Position numbers and translations under genes: made by a program. From Pseudomonadota bacterium (GTDB taxonomy: Bacteria > Pseudomonadota > Gammaproteobacteria > Steroidobacterales > Woeseiaceae), in contig JBCBIJ010000014.1 of assembly GCA_038524795.1 (NCBI GenBank), positions 5,441 to 69,440 of the forward strand: a stretch of 64,000 nt of DNA. Reading direction: 5' to 3'. Shown in pieces: positions 12,394 through 21,971 of this stretch; the first letter of the stretch is position 1; every line of letters starts with the position of its first letter. The notes under the pieces are model-generated. The model searched no databases. It saw nothing but the letters and a program-made list of their open reading frames with translations, and was not told where the DNA came from.

Positions 12394-12624
12394 TCAGCTG
12401 CGACCCGGAACCTGAAGGAATTCGGTGCGTGTGCTGCGGGCCGTGCCGAAGGTACCCATCCTCTGGCTCGTCACCATAGACACGCCCCACTTGTGGATGC
12501 CGCGCGCAACGCGTCTCGGCGTGTGGAGCAGACTCTCGCGTGTCACGTCTTCGTCGGCCCATCGCAGCAGTACGCTTACTGCTTCTTCTGCCTGCTTTCG
12601 CGCAGGCTTACGCGACCTCAGCAT
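12394..12624 (-). pseudogene. folE: internally deleted GTP cyclohydrolase I (folE) remnant
   Basis: [29 protein letters not shown] resembles the FolE N-terminal helix region. It is joined directly to [31 protein letters not shown], which resembles the FolE extreme C-terminus. The catalytic core of roughly 110 aa is missing. Confidence 0.5.
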
Positions 12625-12713
12625 CTTTTTCCCGGTGGCCAACGAACTCTCCCATAGTGCGTGCTGCAGTGTAACCGAAGCCGTTTTGCGCTGCGCCGAC
12701 AAAGGAGATGCAC

Positions 12714-13280
12714 ATGAACACCTTACTCAAGCACGGCGCGATCGCGCTGTCCGCCCTGATTCTGATGTCGGGCTGCGCCAGTTTCGGCGACGCTGACCGT
12801 CCTGAAATTGAAACCGCGAGTCGGGTGGACCTCGACCGGTTCATGGGTCGCTGGTACGTCATCGCACACATCCCGACCTTTATCGAGACCAAGGCCTACA
12901 ATGCGGTCGAAGCCTACGAACGACGCGATGCCGACACGATCGACACCACGTTCTCGTTTAACAAGGGTGGTTTCGATGGGAAGCTCAAGACCTACACGCC
13001 AGTCGCGACGGTTCGGCCGAACACGGGTGATGCGATTTGGGGCATGCAGTTTGTCTGGCCGTTCAAGGCCGAGTACCGCGTGATCTGGGTTGATGATGCC
13101 TACGGCGTCACGGTGATCGGGCGCAACAAACGTGACTACGTCTGGATCATGGCGCGGGAGCCCGAACTCGATGCGGGAATGCGCGCGGAGATTGATCAGT
13201 TCCTGGCCGCACAGGGCTATGACCTTTCGAAGATGCGCGAGGTACCACAGCGCTGGGATGGCCGCGGCGAGGCAGGCTAG
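12714..13280 (+). CDS. blc: outer-membrane lipocalin Blc (lipoprotein)
   Basis: Lipobox LMSGC and the lipocalin signature [19 protein letters not shown] lies 7 nt upstream of the ATG at 12714. Confidence 0.85.
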   Translation: MNTLLKHGAIALSALILMSGCASFGDADRPEIETASRVDLDRFMGRWYVIAHIPTFIETKAYNAVEAYERRDADTIDTTFSFNKGGFDGKLKTYTPVATVRPNTGDAIWGMQFVWPFKAEYRVIWVDDAYGVTVIGRNKRDYVWIMAREPELDAGMRAEIDQFLAAQGYDLSKMREVPQRWDGRGEAG

Positions 13281-13304
13281 CCTGCAACATGTGCCCCAGG
13301 AGCG

Positions 13305-15053
13305 TTACTGAGCCTGAGACTGCGGCAAGTGCCCTACGGCATGAGATCCTGGGAGATTGTCACCAATGAAGCGCTCATCCCGGGGCTGACCGAGTGTCAG
13401 GTAGTCGATGCGACCAAACGGCGACACTGCCGCCGGGTCGGCGTCGTAGCGAGTCGTCTGCATCATTTCACGCTCCCGGTCCGTCAGCGTCGATTCGTCG
13501 AAGCGGAATGTGTACCGATAGGTGAGGCCTACGGACCGTACCGGCTTGCCGTCCTCAAACCTGGGCCGGAACGGTGCTTGCCGAAGTTGCCTTGATACGT
13601 GCTTGTCCAAAACACCGCGCGGCTCAGCTTTGAGCACCCGGACATTGCGTACCCGTCCCCGCTGGTCGACGTCGAAGAGCACGTCGACGAAGCCACGATT
13701 GGGATAGCGCGTCGCAGTGCCCAGTTCGTTGGCGGGATCCATGGCGGCGGACCGCGCGTCGATGGACGTGACCGGCACGGGCCTCGCAAACAGCGTATCG
13801 CGCAAATCTGGCTGATCCTCGAGACTGGCCCAGGCTCGACGGTAGGGACGCCGTGATTTGCGCGACTGGTCCAACGACTGGTACCAGTCGCCCTGTGTGA
13901 CGAGCGTGTTCGCCAGCACCGACGGATCTTCCTGCGAGTGTTCACGGGCGATGCGTACTGCGCGTGCCATAGCGCGAACGGCTTGATCGTAAGAGACTTG
14001 ATCGACGCCTTCTGGCGTGCCGGCCCGTCGCGGCGCGCAGCTTTGAAGTCCGCCTGGACACATGCGCATTCGGCGCATCTGAGCCTCGAGGCGTGCGATT
14101 TCGTAGTTGCGATAGGTGTTCGTCGTGCCCACGCGAAGTCGGCCGCCAGACGAGTTCGAGCCACCCCAGATATTGTCGCCTTCCCGGACACGTACCGCGG
14201 CGTTGGCGAGCGCCACGAGCGGCTCAATCAGTCGCGCGTCGTTTTTCCCGTGGTGTTTACCCATCTCACGCACGAGCCGACGGTAGTACCGGACCGCGGA
14301 CAAGTGGTTGCCCAGGCGTGCGTGCCACATCGCGCGTTGCTCAATGGCATCGAGACGTAGGTCGTCGTTGCCCTCAAAGTGACGCTCTCGCAGCCGGTAC
14401 GCTGTGTCTTGAAGGTCGTCTGCCTCGTTACGATCATCCGCTGCAAAGTGGGCACGGCTCATTGCGTCGATGATGCCAACCTGGTCGAGATTATTGACGC
14501 CGCCGGTCACGTGCGACACATGGATTGCCCGTTCGAAGGCAGCAATCGCACTGTCCAAGTCCCCAATCGCCAATTGCGCATTCGCGAGCCCAAGCAGCGG
14601 GTTGATCAGGTTGGCCGATACGATCCGGCCCGATTGCGTTTCACGCATCCCGATCGCGGCGTTGAAGTTCTCAATAGCCGCTGCAAAATCGGCATCGCTG
14701 GCTTGGACGATGGCAAGGTTGGTCAGTGCGCGCGCGGCATAGTCGTGAGCGCTACCGTAGGACTCGGTCGCCAACGCGACGACCTGCTTCGCGTTCTGCA
14801 CCGCACGCTCCGTGTCGCTGCGCAGACTCTCCAGAAAGGCCTCCTGGGCTGCGGCGAGTGCGCCACCGGCCGGTGTTGCGAGTTCAGCCTCGGTGAGGTC
14901 GAGCATTTCCGGTACCGCCATCGCGCCAGCCTGCGCATGCAGCATCGAAGAGAGGCCCAGCGCAAGCGCGGCGAAAACGATGCGTGCGGCTGACAACAAC
15001 GCCGCGGGCGGCTTGCGGTGTGAGCTTGCAGATGCGCGTGTTCGGGTGGACAT
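13305..15053 (-). CDS. exported TPR-repeat protein with TonB-C-terminal-like domain (paralog 1)
   Basis: Signal/TM segment AALLSAARIVFAALALGLSSMLHAQA, followed by TPR-like helical repeats. The C-terminal module is YPNRGFVDVLFDVDQRGRVRNVRVLKAEPRGVLDKHVSRQLRQAPFRPRFEDGKPV. Paralogous to 16820-18547. Confidence 0.7.
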   Translation of the reverse strand: MSTRTRASASSHRKPPAALLSAARIVFAALALGLSSMLHAQAGAMAVPEMLDLTEAELATPAGGALAAAQEAFLESLRSDTERAVQNAKQVVALATESYGSAHDYAARALTNLAIVQASDADFAAAIENFNAAIGMRETQSGRIVSANLINPLLGLANAQLAIGDLDSAIAAFERAIHVSHVTGGVNNLDQVGIIDAMSRAHFAADDRNEADDLQDTAYRLRERHFEGNDDLRLDAIEQRAMWHARLGNHLSAVRYYRRLVREMGKHHGKNDARLIEPLVALANAAVRVREGDNIWGGSNSSGGRLRVGTTNTYRNYEIARLEAQMRRMRMCPGGLQSCAPRRAGTPEGVDQVSYDQAVRAMARAVRIAREHSQEDPSVLANTLVTQGDWYQSLDQSRKSRRPYRRAWASLEDQPDLRDTLFARPVPVTSIDARSAAMDPANELGTATRYPNRGFVDVLFDVDQRGRVRNVRVLKAEPRGVLDKHVSRQLRQAPFRPRFEDGKPVRSVGLTYRYTFRFDESTLTDREREMMQTTRYDADPAAVSPFGRIDYLTLGQPRDERFIGDNLPGSHAVGHLPQSQAQ

Positions 15054-15141
15054 GGTTTGTTCCCAACGGCGGCTTGACCGCGATCCCGCGGCTGACATCA
15101 TTATAGACATCGCGGCGTCGCAATCGATCCGTGGTCCGAGC

Positions 15142-15789
15142 TCAGGCGCCGGTTGGAATCGGACAGCTTACGCCCGTACCCCCGATCCCACAGTAACCGC
15201 CTGGGTTCTTGGCCAAATATTGCTGATGATAGTCCTCGGCAAAATAGTACGTTCCGAGTTCCGCAATCTCGGTCGTGATGGCACCGAGCCCGGCGTCGTT
15301 AAGGCGCGCCTGGTAGCTGTCTCGCGACGACCGCGCGGCAGCGAGCTGCGCTGCCGACGCTGTGTAGACGGCTGAGCGATACTGCGTGCCGCGGTCATTG
15401 CCCTGACGCATACCCTGCGTCGGGTCGTGCGCTTCCCAGAATGCGCTCAGCAAAACGTCGTAACTCACGACCGCTGGATCAAAGACGACTGAAACGACCT
15501 CGGCATGGCCTGTGTGGCCACTGCACACTTCTTCATAGGTCGGATTGGGCGTGTAGCCGCCCGCGTAGCCAACCGACGTTGAATACACCCCTTCCATCTG
15601 CCAAAACACGCGTTCGGCGCCCCAGAAACAGCCCAGACCGAAGACTGCCTGCTCCAGGTGCTCCGGGAATGGTTCGGTTAACCTGTTGCCGTTGACGAAG
15701 TGCTTGTCCGCGACTGGCAGTGCCGTATCGCGGCCGGGCAGCGCGTCGCTAGGGTCGGGCAGGCCAGTCGGTTTGCGGGCGAATAGCAT
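15142..15789 (-). CDS. msrA: peptide-methionine (S)-S-oxide reductase MsrA
   Basis: GCFWGAE active-site motif and HDPTQ...[10 protein letters not shown]. 215 aa. Confidence 0.95.
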   Translation of the reverse strand: MLFARKPTGLPDPSDALPGRDTALPVADKHFVNGNRLTEPFPEHLEQAVFGLGCFWGAERVFWQMEGVYSTSVGYAGGYTPNPTYEEVCSGHTGHAEVVSVVFDPAVVSYDVLLSAFWEAHDPTQGMRQGNDRGTQYRSAVYTASAAQLAAARSSRDSYQARLNDAGLGAITTEIAELGTYYFAEDYHQQYLAKNPGGYCGIGGTGVSCPIPTGA

Positions 15790-15883
15790 GGCAGTCTCCT
15801 GGAGGTGTCACTCGGCATTCTAGTATGTGGGGCGCCCAGCGTGATTCAATAGCCGCCCGCGCAGCGACTCATCAATGAAATAG

Positions 15884-16798
15884 ATGCAATCACCCCGCCC
15901 GCAGCACTGGTTTCTGCTGTTCTTGCTCGTTGTCCTTTGGGGGTCCCGTTACGCCGCTGTCGAGGTCGCACTGGTTGAATATCGGCCTCTCGACGTCGTC
16001 TTTCTGCCACTCGTGATCGCTGGCGTGATGCTCTGGTTCGTCATGCGGGCGTCGGGCGAGCGGCTGCCCAAAGATATGCGGTCGTGGCTGTTCTTCAATG
16101 CCATGGCGCTGTTTGGAAACGGATTGCCCTACTTCCTCGAAGCATGGGGACAGCTCTATATCGAGTCGTCGCTCGTCGGGATTCTCATGTCCGTGTCCCC
16201 CTTGTCGGTGCTCGTCCTGGCGCACCTGCTGTTGCCTGATGAGCGTGCGACGCGTGGCCGCGTGCTGGGGTTTGTGGTCGGCCTTGTCGGCGTCATTGTG
16301 CTCATCGGGCCGAGTGCACTGTCAGGTATCGGCGGCGGTGTGATGCGGACCGTAGCGCAACTGGCAGTGCTGGGCGCCGCCGTTTGCTATGGCCTGGCAG
16401 CCGTGATCACACGCCTTTCGCCAGCTCACTCCTACCGGATCGTGTCGGCGGGCGTGCTGATCGCTGCTGCGCTCCAGCTCGCGCCAGTCTGGTTTCTGTC
16501 TGGCGGAATGCAGATGTCGCCTTCGCTCGGCGAGCCCACCTTTGCCGTGATCGGTGTCGGCACCCTGTGTATCGGACTTGCCGCACTGGTGTTCTTCAAG
16601 CTCATCGGTGAGTCGGGTGCTTCATTTCAGTCGCTGTCGAACTACCTGACGCCGTTATGGGCCACGCTCATCGGGTATCTGTTACTGGACGAGCGTTTGC
16701 CGCGCAACGCCTATTTGGCGCTTGGGATTATTCTCGCATCGCTCTGGCTGACAGCGCGTTCAAAAGACCGGCAGAGCCTGCCTGACCCGAGCCTCTGA
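15884..16798 (+). CDS. DMT superfamily (EamA-like) transporter
   Basis: 304 aa with about 10 TM segments in two EamA-like halves. Confidence 0.8.
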   Translation: MQSPRPQHWFLLFLLVVLWGSRYAAVEVALVEYRPLDVVFLPLVIAGVMLWFVMRASGERLPKDMRSWLFFNAMALFGNGLPYFLEAWGQLYIESSLVGILMSVSPLSVLVLAHLLLPDERATRGRVLGFVVGLVGVIVLIGPSALSGIGGGVMRTVAQLAVLGAAVCYGLAAVITRLSPAHSYRIVSAGVLIAAALQLAPVWFLSGGMQMSPSLGEPTFAVIGVGTLCIGLAALVFFKLIGESGASFQSLSNYLTPLWATLIGYLLLDERLPRNAYLALGIILASLWLTARSKDRQSLPDPSL

Positions 16799-16819
16799 AC
16801 CGCGCTACCGACGTGCTGG

Positions 16820-18547
16820 CTAGCTGCCGTCTGCGGCGTCCGTCGTTTCGACCGCGTCGCCCTGTTCCGTTGCGCTCGCTTCGGAGTCGTTGTCGTCTGC
16901 CGCGGGCGGCGGGGTTTCAGTGTCCGATTCGGCAGCAGCCTCATCGTTCGCAGGGTCTTGTGCGGCTGCGTTCTCCACTTCCGGTGCTGGTGTGGCGTCG
17001 GTCGCCGCGGGTGACACCGGGCCAGATACGCCTTCGCCGATGAACGGTTCGTTCCGCCGACGCGGGTCAAGATTCACGTTGCGGCGAATCGGATTCGCGT
17101 CGTCAACACCTTCCGCGTTCGAGGGACTGGCGCTAGTCGCGGCTGCAATAGTCTCTCGGTCGCGCTCGGTCAGGTCAGATTCGTTGTATCGGAACGAATG
17201 GCGGTACGCCAAGCCCGTGAAGGAGACGGGTTGTCCGGCCCGGAACGCCGGTCGGAATCGAAAGCGACGAATCTGGCGGCGCAGGTGTGTGTCCATGATT
17301 CCGGGAGGGTCTCCCGCAATGATGCGCACATTGACGGGTCTACCCAGTGGGTCGACATCGAATGCAATGTCCGTATAGCCACGGTTCGGAAACCGGGACG
17401 CTGAGGCAGAGGCGCCATTTCGCAATCCGTGCACGGTACGAAATCGCGCGCTTAGGATTGGCACAGGATTGGCGAACAACTCATCTCTAACCGGATGCAG
17501 TTCGGCGTTGCTATTCAAGGTCTTCCAGGCCTCGCGGTAGGGCAGGCGGGAGTTGCGCGTTCGATCTAAGGTGGCAAGCCAGTCACCTTGCTCGACCAGT
17601 GTTCTCGCGAATCGCTCTGTGTCTTCTTCGGCGCGTTCTCGAGCAATGCGAACGGCGCGTGCCATGGCTCGGCGACCTTCGTTCACGGCGGGCTCGCCGA
17701 AGTCTTCGATTCGCACCGCGGCGTTGGCGAGCGATACCAGGGGTGCGATGAGGCGAGGGCTGTCGTCGCCATACTTTTTGGAGATTGACCGTTCGAGCCT
17801 GCGATACACCTGAACGGCTTCCGCGCTGTTGCCCAGTGCGACGTACCATCGCGCCCGTTGCGCCAGCGCGTCGATGTAGCCGTCTGACTCCTCATCAAAT
17901 CGACGCTGTTTCAGCCGAAAAATGGTGTCCTGCAAGTCGCTCGCCGTGTCGAGGTCGCCCTGGAAGAAATACGCGCGGCTCAATGCGTCGATAACGGGAA
18001 CCTGGTCAAGGTTTGAGGGGCCTTCATTCACATGCGTGATGTGTATTGCGCGCTCGTAAATCGGAATCGCTGCATCTATTTCGTTGAGGGCCATGAACGA
18101 GGCGGCGAGTCCCCGTAGTGGGTTGATGAGCTCGGGGTCGACCAACGTTCCATCCGCACGCTCGCGCGCCACGATAGCTGAGCGATAGTTCTCAATCGAT
18201 GTCGCGTACTCTTTGTTATTGAATTGCACAATGGCGAGGTTAGTGAGCGCCCGCGACAGATTCTTGTGGTCCTCGCCAAACGTCGCCGCAGCCAGCGCCA
18301 CGATCTCCTTTGCCAACTCCTGAGCGCGTTGCGGATCGTCAGTGAGGCTCGTCCTAAATGAGTTTTGCAGTGATTCCAGTTCCGCACCGGGCGGGCTTAT
18401 CCGTTCCTCTTCGCTGATCTCAAGGAATTCTGGCGCCGCGGGCGCGACCGTCTGAGCGTCCACCCCGGCCGCGAGCGTGACGCCGAACAGGGTGACGATG
18501 AAACCGCTTACGTGTGCGGTGAGACTGAGTCTGATGCTTCGAGTCAT
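16820..18547 (-). CDS. exported TPR-repeat protein with TonB-C-terminal-like domain (paralog 2), acidic C-terminal tail
   Basis: Collinear with 13305-15053. Shared blocks include ALTNLAIVQ, ERAIH(V/I)(S/T)HV, MARAVRIARE, FPNRGYTDIAFDVDPLGRPVNVRIIAGDP and FRPAFRAGQPV. The tail is rich in D, E and A. Confidence 0.7.
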   Translation of the reverse strand: MTRSIRLSLTAHVSGFIVTLFGVTLAAGVDAQTVAPAAPEFLEISEEERISPPGAELESLQNSFRTSLTDDPQRAQELAKEIVALAAATFGEDHKNLSRALTNLAIVQFNNKEYATSIENYRSAIVARERADGTLVDPELINPLRGLAASFMALNEIDAAIPIYERAIHITHVNEGPSNLDQVPVIDALSRAYFFQGDLDTASDLQDTIFRLKQRRFDEESDGYIDALAQRARWYVALGNSAEAVQVYRRLERSISKKYGDDSPRLIAPLVSLANAAVRIEDFGEPAVNEGRRAMARAVRIARERAEEDTERFARTLVEQGDWLATLDRTRNSRLPYREAWKTLNSNAELHPVRDELFANPVPILSARFRTVHGLRNGASASASRFPNRGYTDIAFDVDPLGRPVNVRIIAGDPPGIMDTHLRRQIRRFRFRPAFRAGQPVSFTGLAYRHSFRYNESDLTERDRETIAAATSASPSNAEGVDDANPIRRNVNLDPRRRNEPFIGEGVSGPVSPAATDATPAPEVENAAAQDPANDEAAAESDTETPPPAADDNDSEASATEQGDAVETTDAADGS

Positions 18548-18784
18548 AGCGTCTCAGGCGCGCTGCGTCGATCAAATGGAGCTGCCGATGGCAGGAAGTA
18601 GACAACGCGACTTACGTATAGTTTAGCCTGTTGTTGCGTTCACGACGCGCGTGGCGTTGGATTTGCCGCCGCGAACGGGTTAAGGCGGGCGTTGACGATG
18701 GCTGCTCAGGCCGTCGAAGTCGCCCCATGTTGATCAATCACATGCAGTCGAATGCGCAACCGTCTCACTACTGGGGAAAACGAC

Positions 18785-20296
18785 ATGGGAGCTCTCAGAC
18801 ATCGCGCGGTAGCTGGCACTCTGCTGATTTGCGCGGCCGCGTCAGTAAGCGCCGAAACGGCCATCACGATCTATAGCAAGGCGTCCCCGGGGGCCGTGGA
18901 TCCGCGGTTGTACCGGCCGGGCGTCGGGGGTTCTGGCTACTTGGGCGCGTCACTGCCCGGCTACGCGATCGTTCGCGACGACCGCAGCATGACTTTGCAG
19001 GCCGGTCGGGGGCAGTACGCCCGAGACGACGTGGCCGCACTCATCGATCCGACGACTGTTCGCTTCGAGTCTCTCACGGACCCCGACGGCACGCGCGTGC
19101 TCGAACAGGATTTTCGCTTCGACCTCGTGGACAGAGACAAACTGCTGGAGCGATACCTCGACCGAGAGGTGATTGTGACCCAGCGCCAGGGCGACGATGT
19201 CCGTGAACGCCGCGGTACGCTGCTTAGCACCCGCGGAGGCATCGTGCTGCGGGACGGCGATGGCAGTGTCGATGTGTTGTCGGACTGGAATCACGTCGGG
19301 CTGGGCGAGTTGCCGGGCGGACTCATGACGCGACCCACGCTCGTGTGGGAAGTGGCCGCCGAGCGCGGCGGCGCACATGACACTCGGGTCAGCTATGAGA
19401 CGGCGGGTATCACCTGGTGGGCTGACTACAACCTGGTTTGGACGCCCAAGGGCAATGGTGATGCCGGCACACTGGGTGTCGGTGCCTGGGTGAGCATCGT
19501 GAATCAGAGCGGCGCAAGTTTTGAGGACGCAAAACTCAAGCTCGTGGCGGGCGATGTGCAGCGTGTGACGGCCCAGCAGTCCTACCAAGGACGACGCGAG
19601 CGACTCACAGCCTCATTTGCGGATGCCAATGGATTTGAGGAGAAGGCCTTCTTCGAGTTTCACCTGTACACGCTGGGCCGTGAAACGACATTGCCCAACA
19701 ACGCGACGAAGCAAATCGAGCTGTTCCCGCAGGCCACCGCGGTTCCTGCCCAAAAGCAACTCGTCTACTACGGATTTCCCGACGGCCGTTTCGCGGGCCA
19801 GGGCATCGTCGACCGGGGCTTCGGCATGCAGTCGAACCCCAAAGTGGACGTGTATCTCGAATTTGAGAACCGCAAACGCGACGGGTTGGGTATTCCACTG
19901 CCCGCTGGCCGTCTGCGCGTGTCCCAGCTCGATGACGCTGACGGCACACTCGAGTTTATCGGCGAGGACGTTATCGACCACACGGCGCGCAACGAGCCCG
20001 TGCGTGTACGTCTGGGCAGCGCGTTTGATGTCACCGGCGAACGCAAACAGGTCGACTACGCCATCGACACGCGGGCGCGTTGGATCGAGGAGACCATTGA
20101 GATCACACTCACGAATCGCAAGGACGTGGCCCAGCAGGTCACCGTTGCGGAGTCACTTTACCGTTACGCGAACTGGGCGATCTCGGGCGAGAGTGATAAC
20201 TACGAGAAGATCGATAGTCGTACCGTTCACTTCGACGTGCGTGTACCGGCCGACGGTAGCAAGACGGTGCGCTACCAAGTGCGTTACACCTGGTAG
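18785..20296 (+). CDS. DUF4139-like exported protein
   Basis: ATG at 18785 with signal MGALRHRAVAGTLLICAAASVSA. The architecture and the C-terminal VRYQVRYTW resemble the DUF4140/DUF4139 family from memory. Not verified by HMM. Confidence 0.55.
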   Translation: MGALRHRAVAGTLLICAAASVSAETAITIYSKASPGAVDPRLYRPGVGGSGYLGASLPGYAIVRDDRSMTLQAGRGQYARDDVAALIDPTTVRFESLTDPDGTRVLEQDFRFDLVDRDKLLERYLDREVIVTQRQGDDVRERRGTLLSTRGGIVLRDGDGSVDVLSDWNHVGLGELPGGLMTRPTLVWEVAAERGGAHDTRVSYETAGITWWADYNLVWTPKGNGDAGTLGVGAWVSIVNQSGASFEDAKLKLVAGDVQRVTAQQSYQGRRERLTASFADANGFEEKAFFEFHLYTLGRETTLPNNATKQIELFPQATAVPAQKQLVYYGFPDGRFAGQGIVDRGFGMQSNPKVDVYLEFENRKRDGLGIPLPAGRLRVSQLDDADGTLEFIGEDVIDHTARNEPVRVRLGSAFDVTGERKQVDYAIDTRARWIEETIEITLTNRKDVAQQVTVAESLYRYANWAISGESDNYEKIDSRTVHFDVRVPADGSKTVRYQVRYTW

Positions 20297-20359
20297 GTCG
20301 CGGGCGTATCGAGGTAGGCGTATGCGTCGAGGTGACGTTGCCGGCGCTTTCTGGTCCGA

Positions 20360-21034
20360 TTAAGCCCAGATAGCGACGGCTGCGAGCGCCAATGCGACGC
20401 CCGCCGTGAGCACCGTACGCAATTCACGGTACCAACCCGGAAACAGCTCCCAGGCCACGGTGCGCTCCCAGCCGTACCAGCCGACGAACGCCGCGACAAA
20501 CACCCAGAGATCAATCGGGGCAGGCAGTCCCAGCGCCACCCAAGCCACCAGTGCCGGCAGGACGCTGGCGGCGAGCCAGGTCCGCCGCGCAGGCAATGCC
20601 GGCTGGGCGACGGCGACACCCCAGTGCACCGCGCCGACAAAACTCAGAATGGTGGCAGCGTAGCCCGTGAGCCAAGCGCGAGTGTCGATACCGGCCAGGG
20701 CCCAGTTCAGCAAGAGCGCCAGCGCGAGCGCAAAAAAAGGCAGGAGGCCGCCGTAGCCGAGAACCCTTGCCACCGAAGCGGCTTGTGGCTCGCCGGCATT
20801 GCGCCCGCCCAGCGCATCCGCAAGTTCGGGCTCCCCTCCGACGAAACGGTCGTCGAGAAACACCATGGGGAGGTTCTGCCAGTCGTGTTGCGTCTTGAGT
20901 TCGCGGTAACGCGAACGCTCGACCTCACTGCCCATCCCCAGGATCTCGACCGAGCACGGCAGGCCGTGCGCGGCGGCCAGAGCCTGCACACCGCGCACAT
21001 CCGTTGCCGTACTGGCGAGAACCCGAACTTCCAT
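20360..21034 (-). CDS. fusion protein: Cys-less glutaredoxin-like domain + DUF3429-like membrane domain
   Basis: The N-terminus has a Grx fold pattern (LPMVFLDDRFVGGEPELADAL) but no CxxC. The C-terminal half has 4-5 TM segments with SFVGAVHWG. The ATG at 21034 lies 4 nt after the mscS stop. Confidence 0.6.
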   Translation of the reverse strand: MEVRVLASTATDVRGVQALAAAHGLPCSVEILGMGSEVERSRYRELKTQHDWQNLPMVFLDDRFVGGEPELADALGGRNAGEPQAASVARVLGYGGLLPFFALALALLLNWALAGIDTRAWLTGYAATILSFVGAVHWGVAVAQPALPARRTWLAASVLPALVAWVALGLPAPIDLWVFVAAFVGWYGWERTVAWELFPGWYRELRTVLTAGVALALAAVAIWA

Positions 21035-21038
21035 GCAA

Positions 21039-21914
21039 TCAGTCCGTGACAACCTGGTGCAGGTGCACGTCCTGTTGCGGGTATGGAATCGAGATGCCTT
21101 CCGCGTCCAGACGTTCCTTGATGGCCAGCGTCAGCGCGAAGTGCGTGGGCCAGTAGTCGCTCGTCTTGACCCAGGGACGTACGACAAAGTCGACGCTCGA
21201 CGCACCCAGGTTGCTGACCTCGATGGTCGGCGCAGGCTCTGCCAGTACATTTTCGTTGGCGTTGACCACCTCGGTCAGAACGGCCTTGGTCTTCTGCAAA
21301 TCATCGCCGTAGCCCACACCGATGACCATGTCGATCCGACGTGTGTCGTTGGCCGAGTAATTGGTGATGGCGTCCGCCGTGACGTTGGCGTTGGGTACCA
21401 CCACGCGGCGGTTGTCGGGCGTGATGAGGATCGTGTTGAAGATTGTCACGGCGTCGACGCTGCCCGCGACACCCGCGGCTTCCACGTAGTCGCCTTTCTC
21501 ATACGGCCGGAAGAACACGATGAGGACGCCCGACGCGAAGTTGGCCAGTGAGCCCTGAAGCGCAAGACCGACGGCCAGGCCGGCGGCACCGAGGACGGCG
21601 ACAAACGACGCCGTGGGTACACCCATGAAGCTGATGGCGGCCAGCAAAATGACCAGCGTCAACAGCACACTCAGGATGTTGCCGAGGAAGCTCTGCAGCG
21701 TCTCGTCGACACCCACGCGGGCCATGGCCTTGCGGATACCGCCCACGACCATACGTGCGATCATGCGACCGATGATGAAGATGGCGAGCGCGCCGGCAAT
21801 CTTGATACCCAGATCGATGGCGAGTTCCTGCCCCTGCGTCAGCAGGCCGCCGACGTCAACGTCAGCGAGGTTTTCGGGCAATGCGAGGCCCTGTGGTTCG
21901 TCTTGACCAAACAC
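21039..21914 (-). CDS. mechanosensitive ion channel, MscS family
   Basis: 291 aa with three N-terminal TM segments. GDYVEAAGVAGSVDAVTIFNTILITPDNRRVVVPN is the typical MscS beta-domain. Confidence 0.85.
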   Translation of the reverse strand: MFGQDEPQGLALPENLADVDVGGLLTQGQELAIDLGIKIAGALAIFIIGRMIARMVVGGIRKAMARVGVDETLQSFLGNILSVLLTLVILLAAISFMGVPTASFVAVLGAAGLAVGLALQGSLANFASGVLIVFFRPYEKGDYVEAAGVAGSVDAVTIFNTILITPDNRRVVVPNANVTADAITNYSANDTRRIDMVIGVGYGDDLQKTKAVLTEVVNANENVLAEPAPTIEVSNLGASSVDFVVRPWVKTSDYWPTHFALTLAIKERLDAEGISIPYPQQDVHLHQVVTD

Positions 21915-21971
21915 GATCGTCCCCTGTTGGATTAAAGATGGAAGCGAATGCTACGGGCTCCGCCCGAGCAA

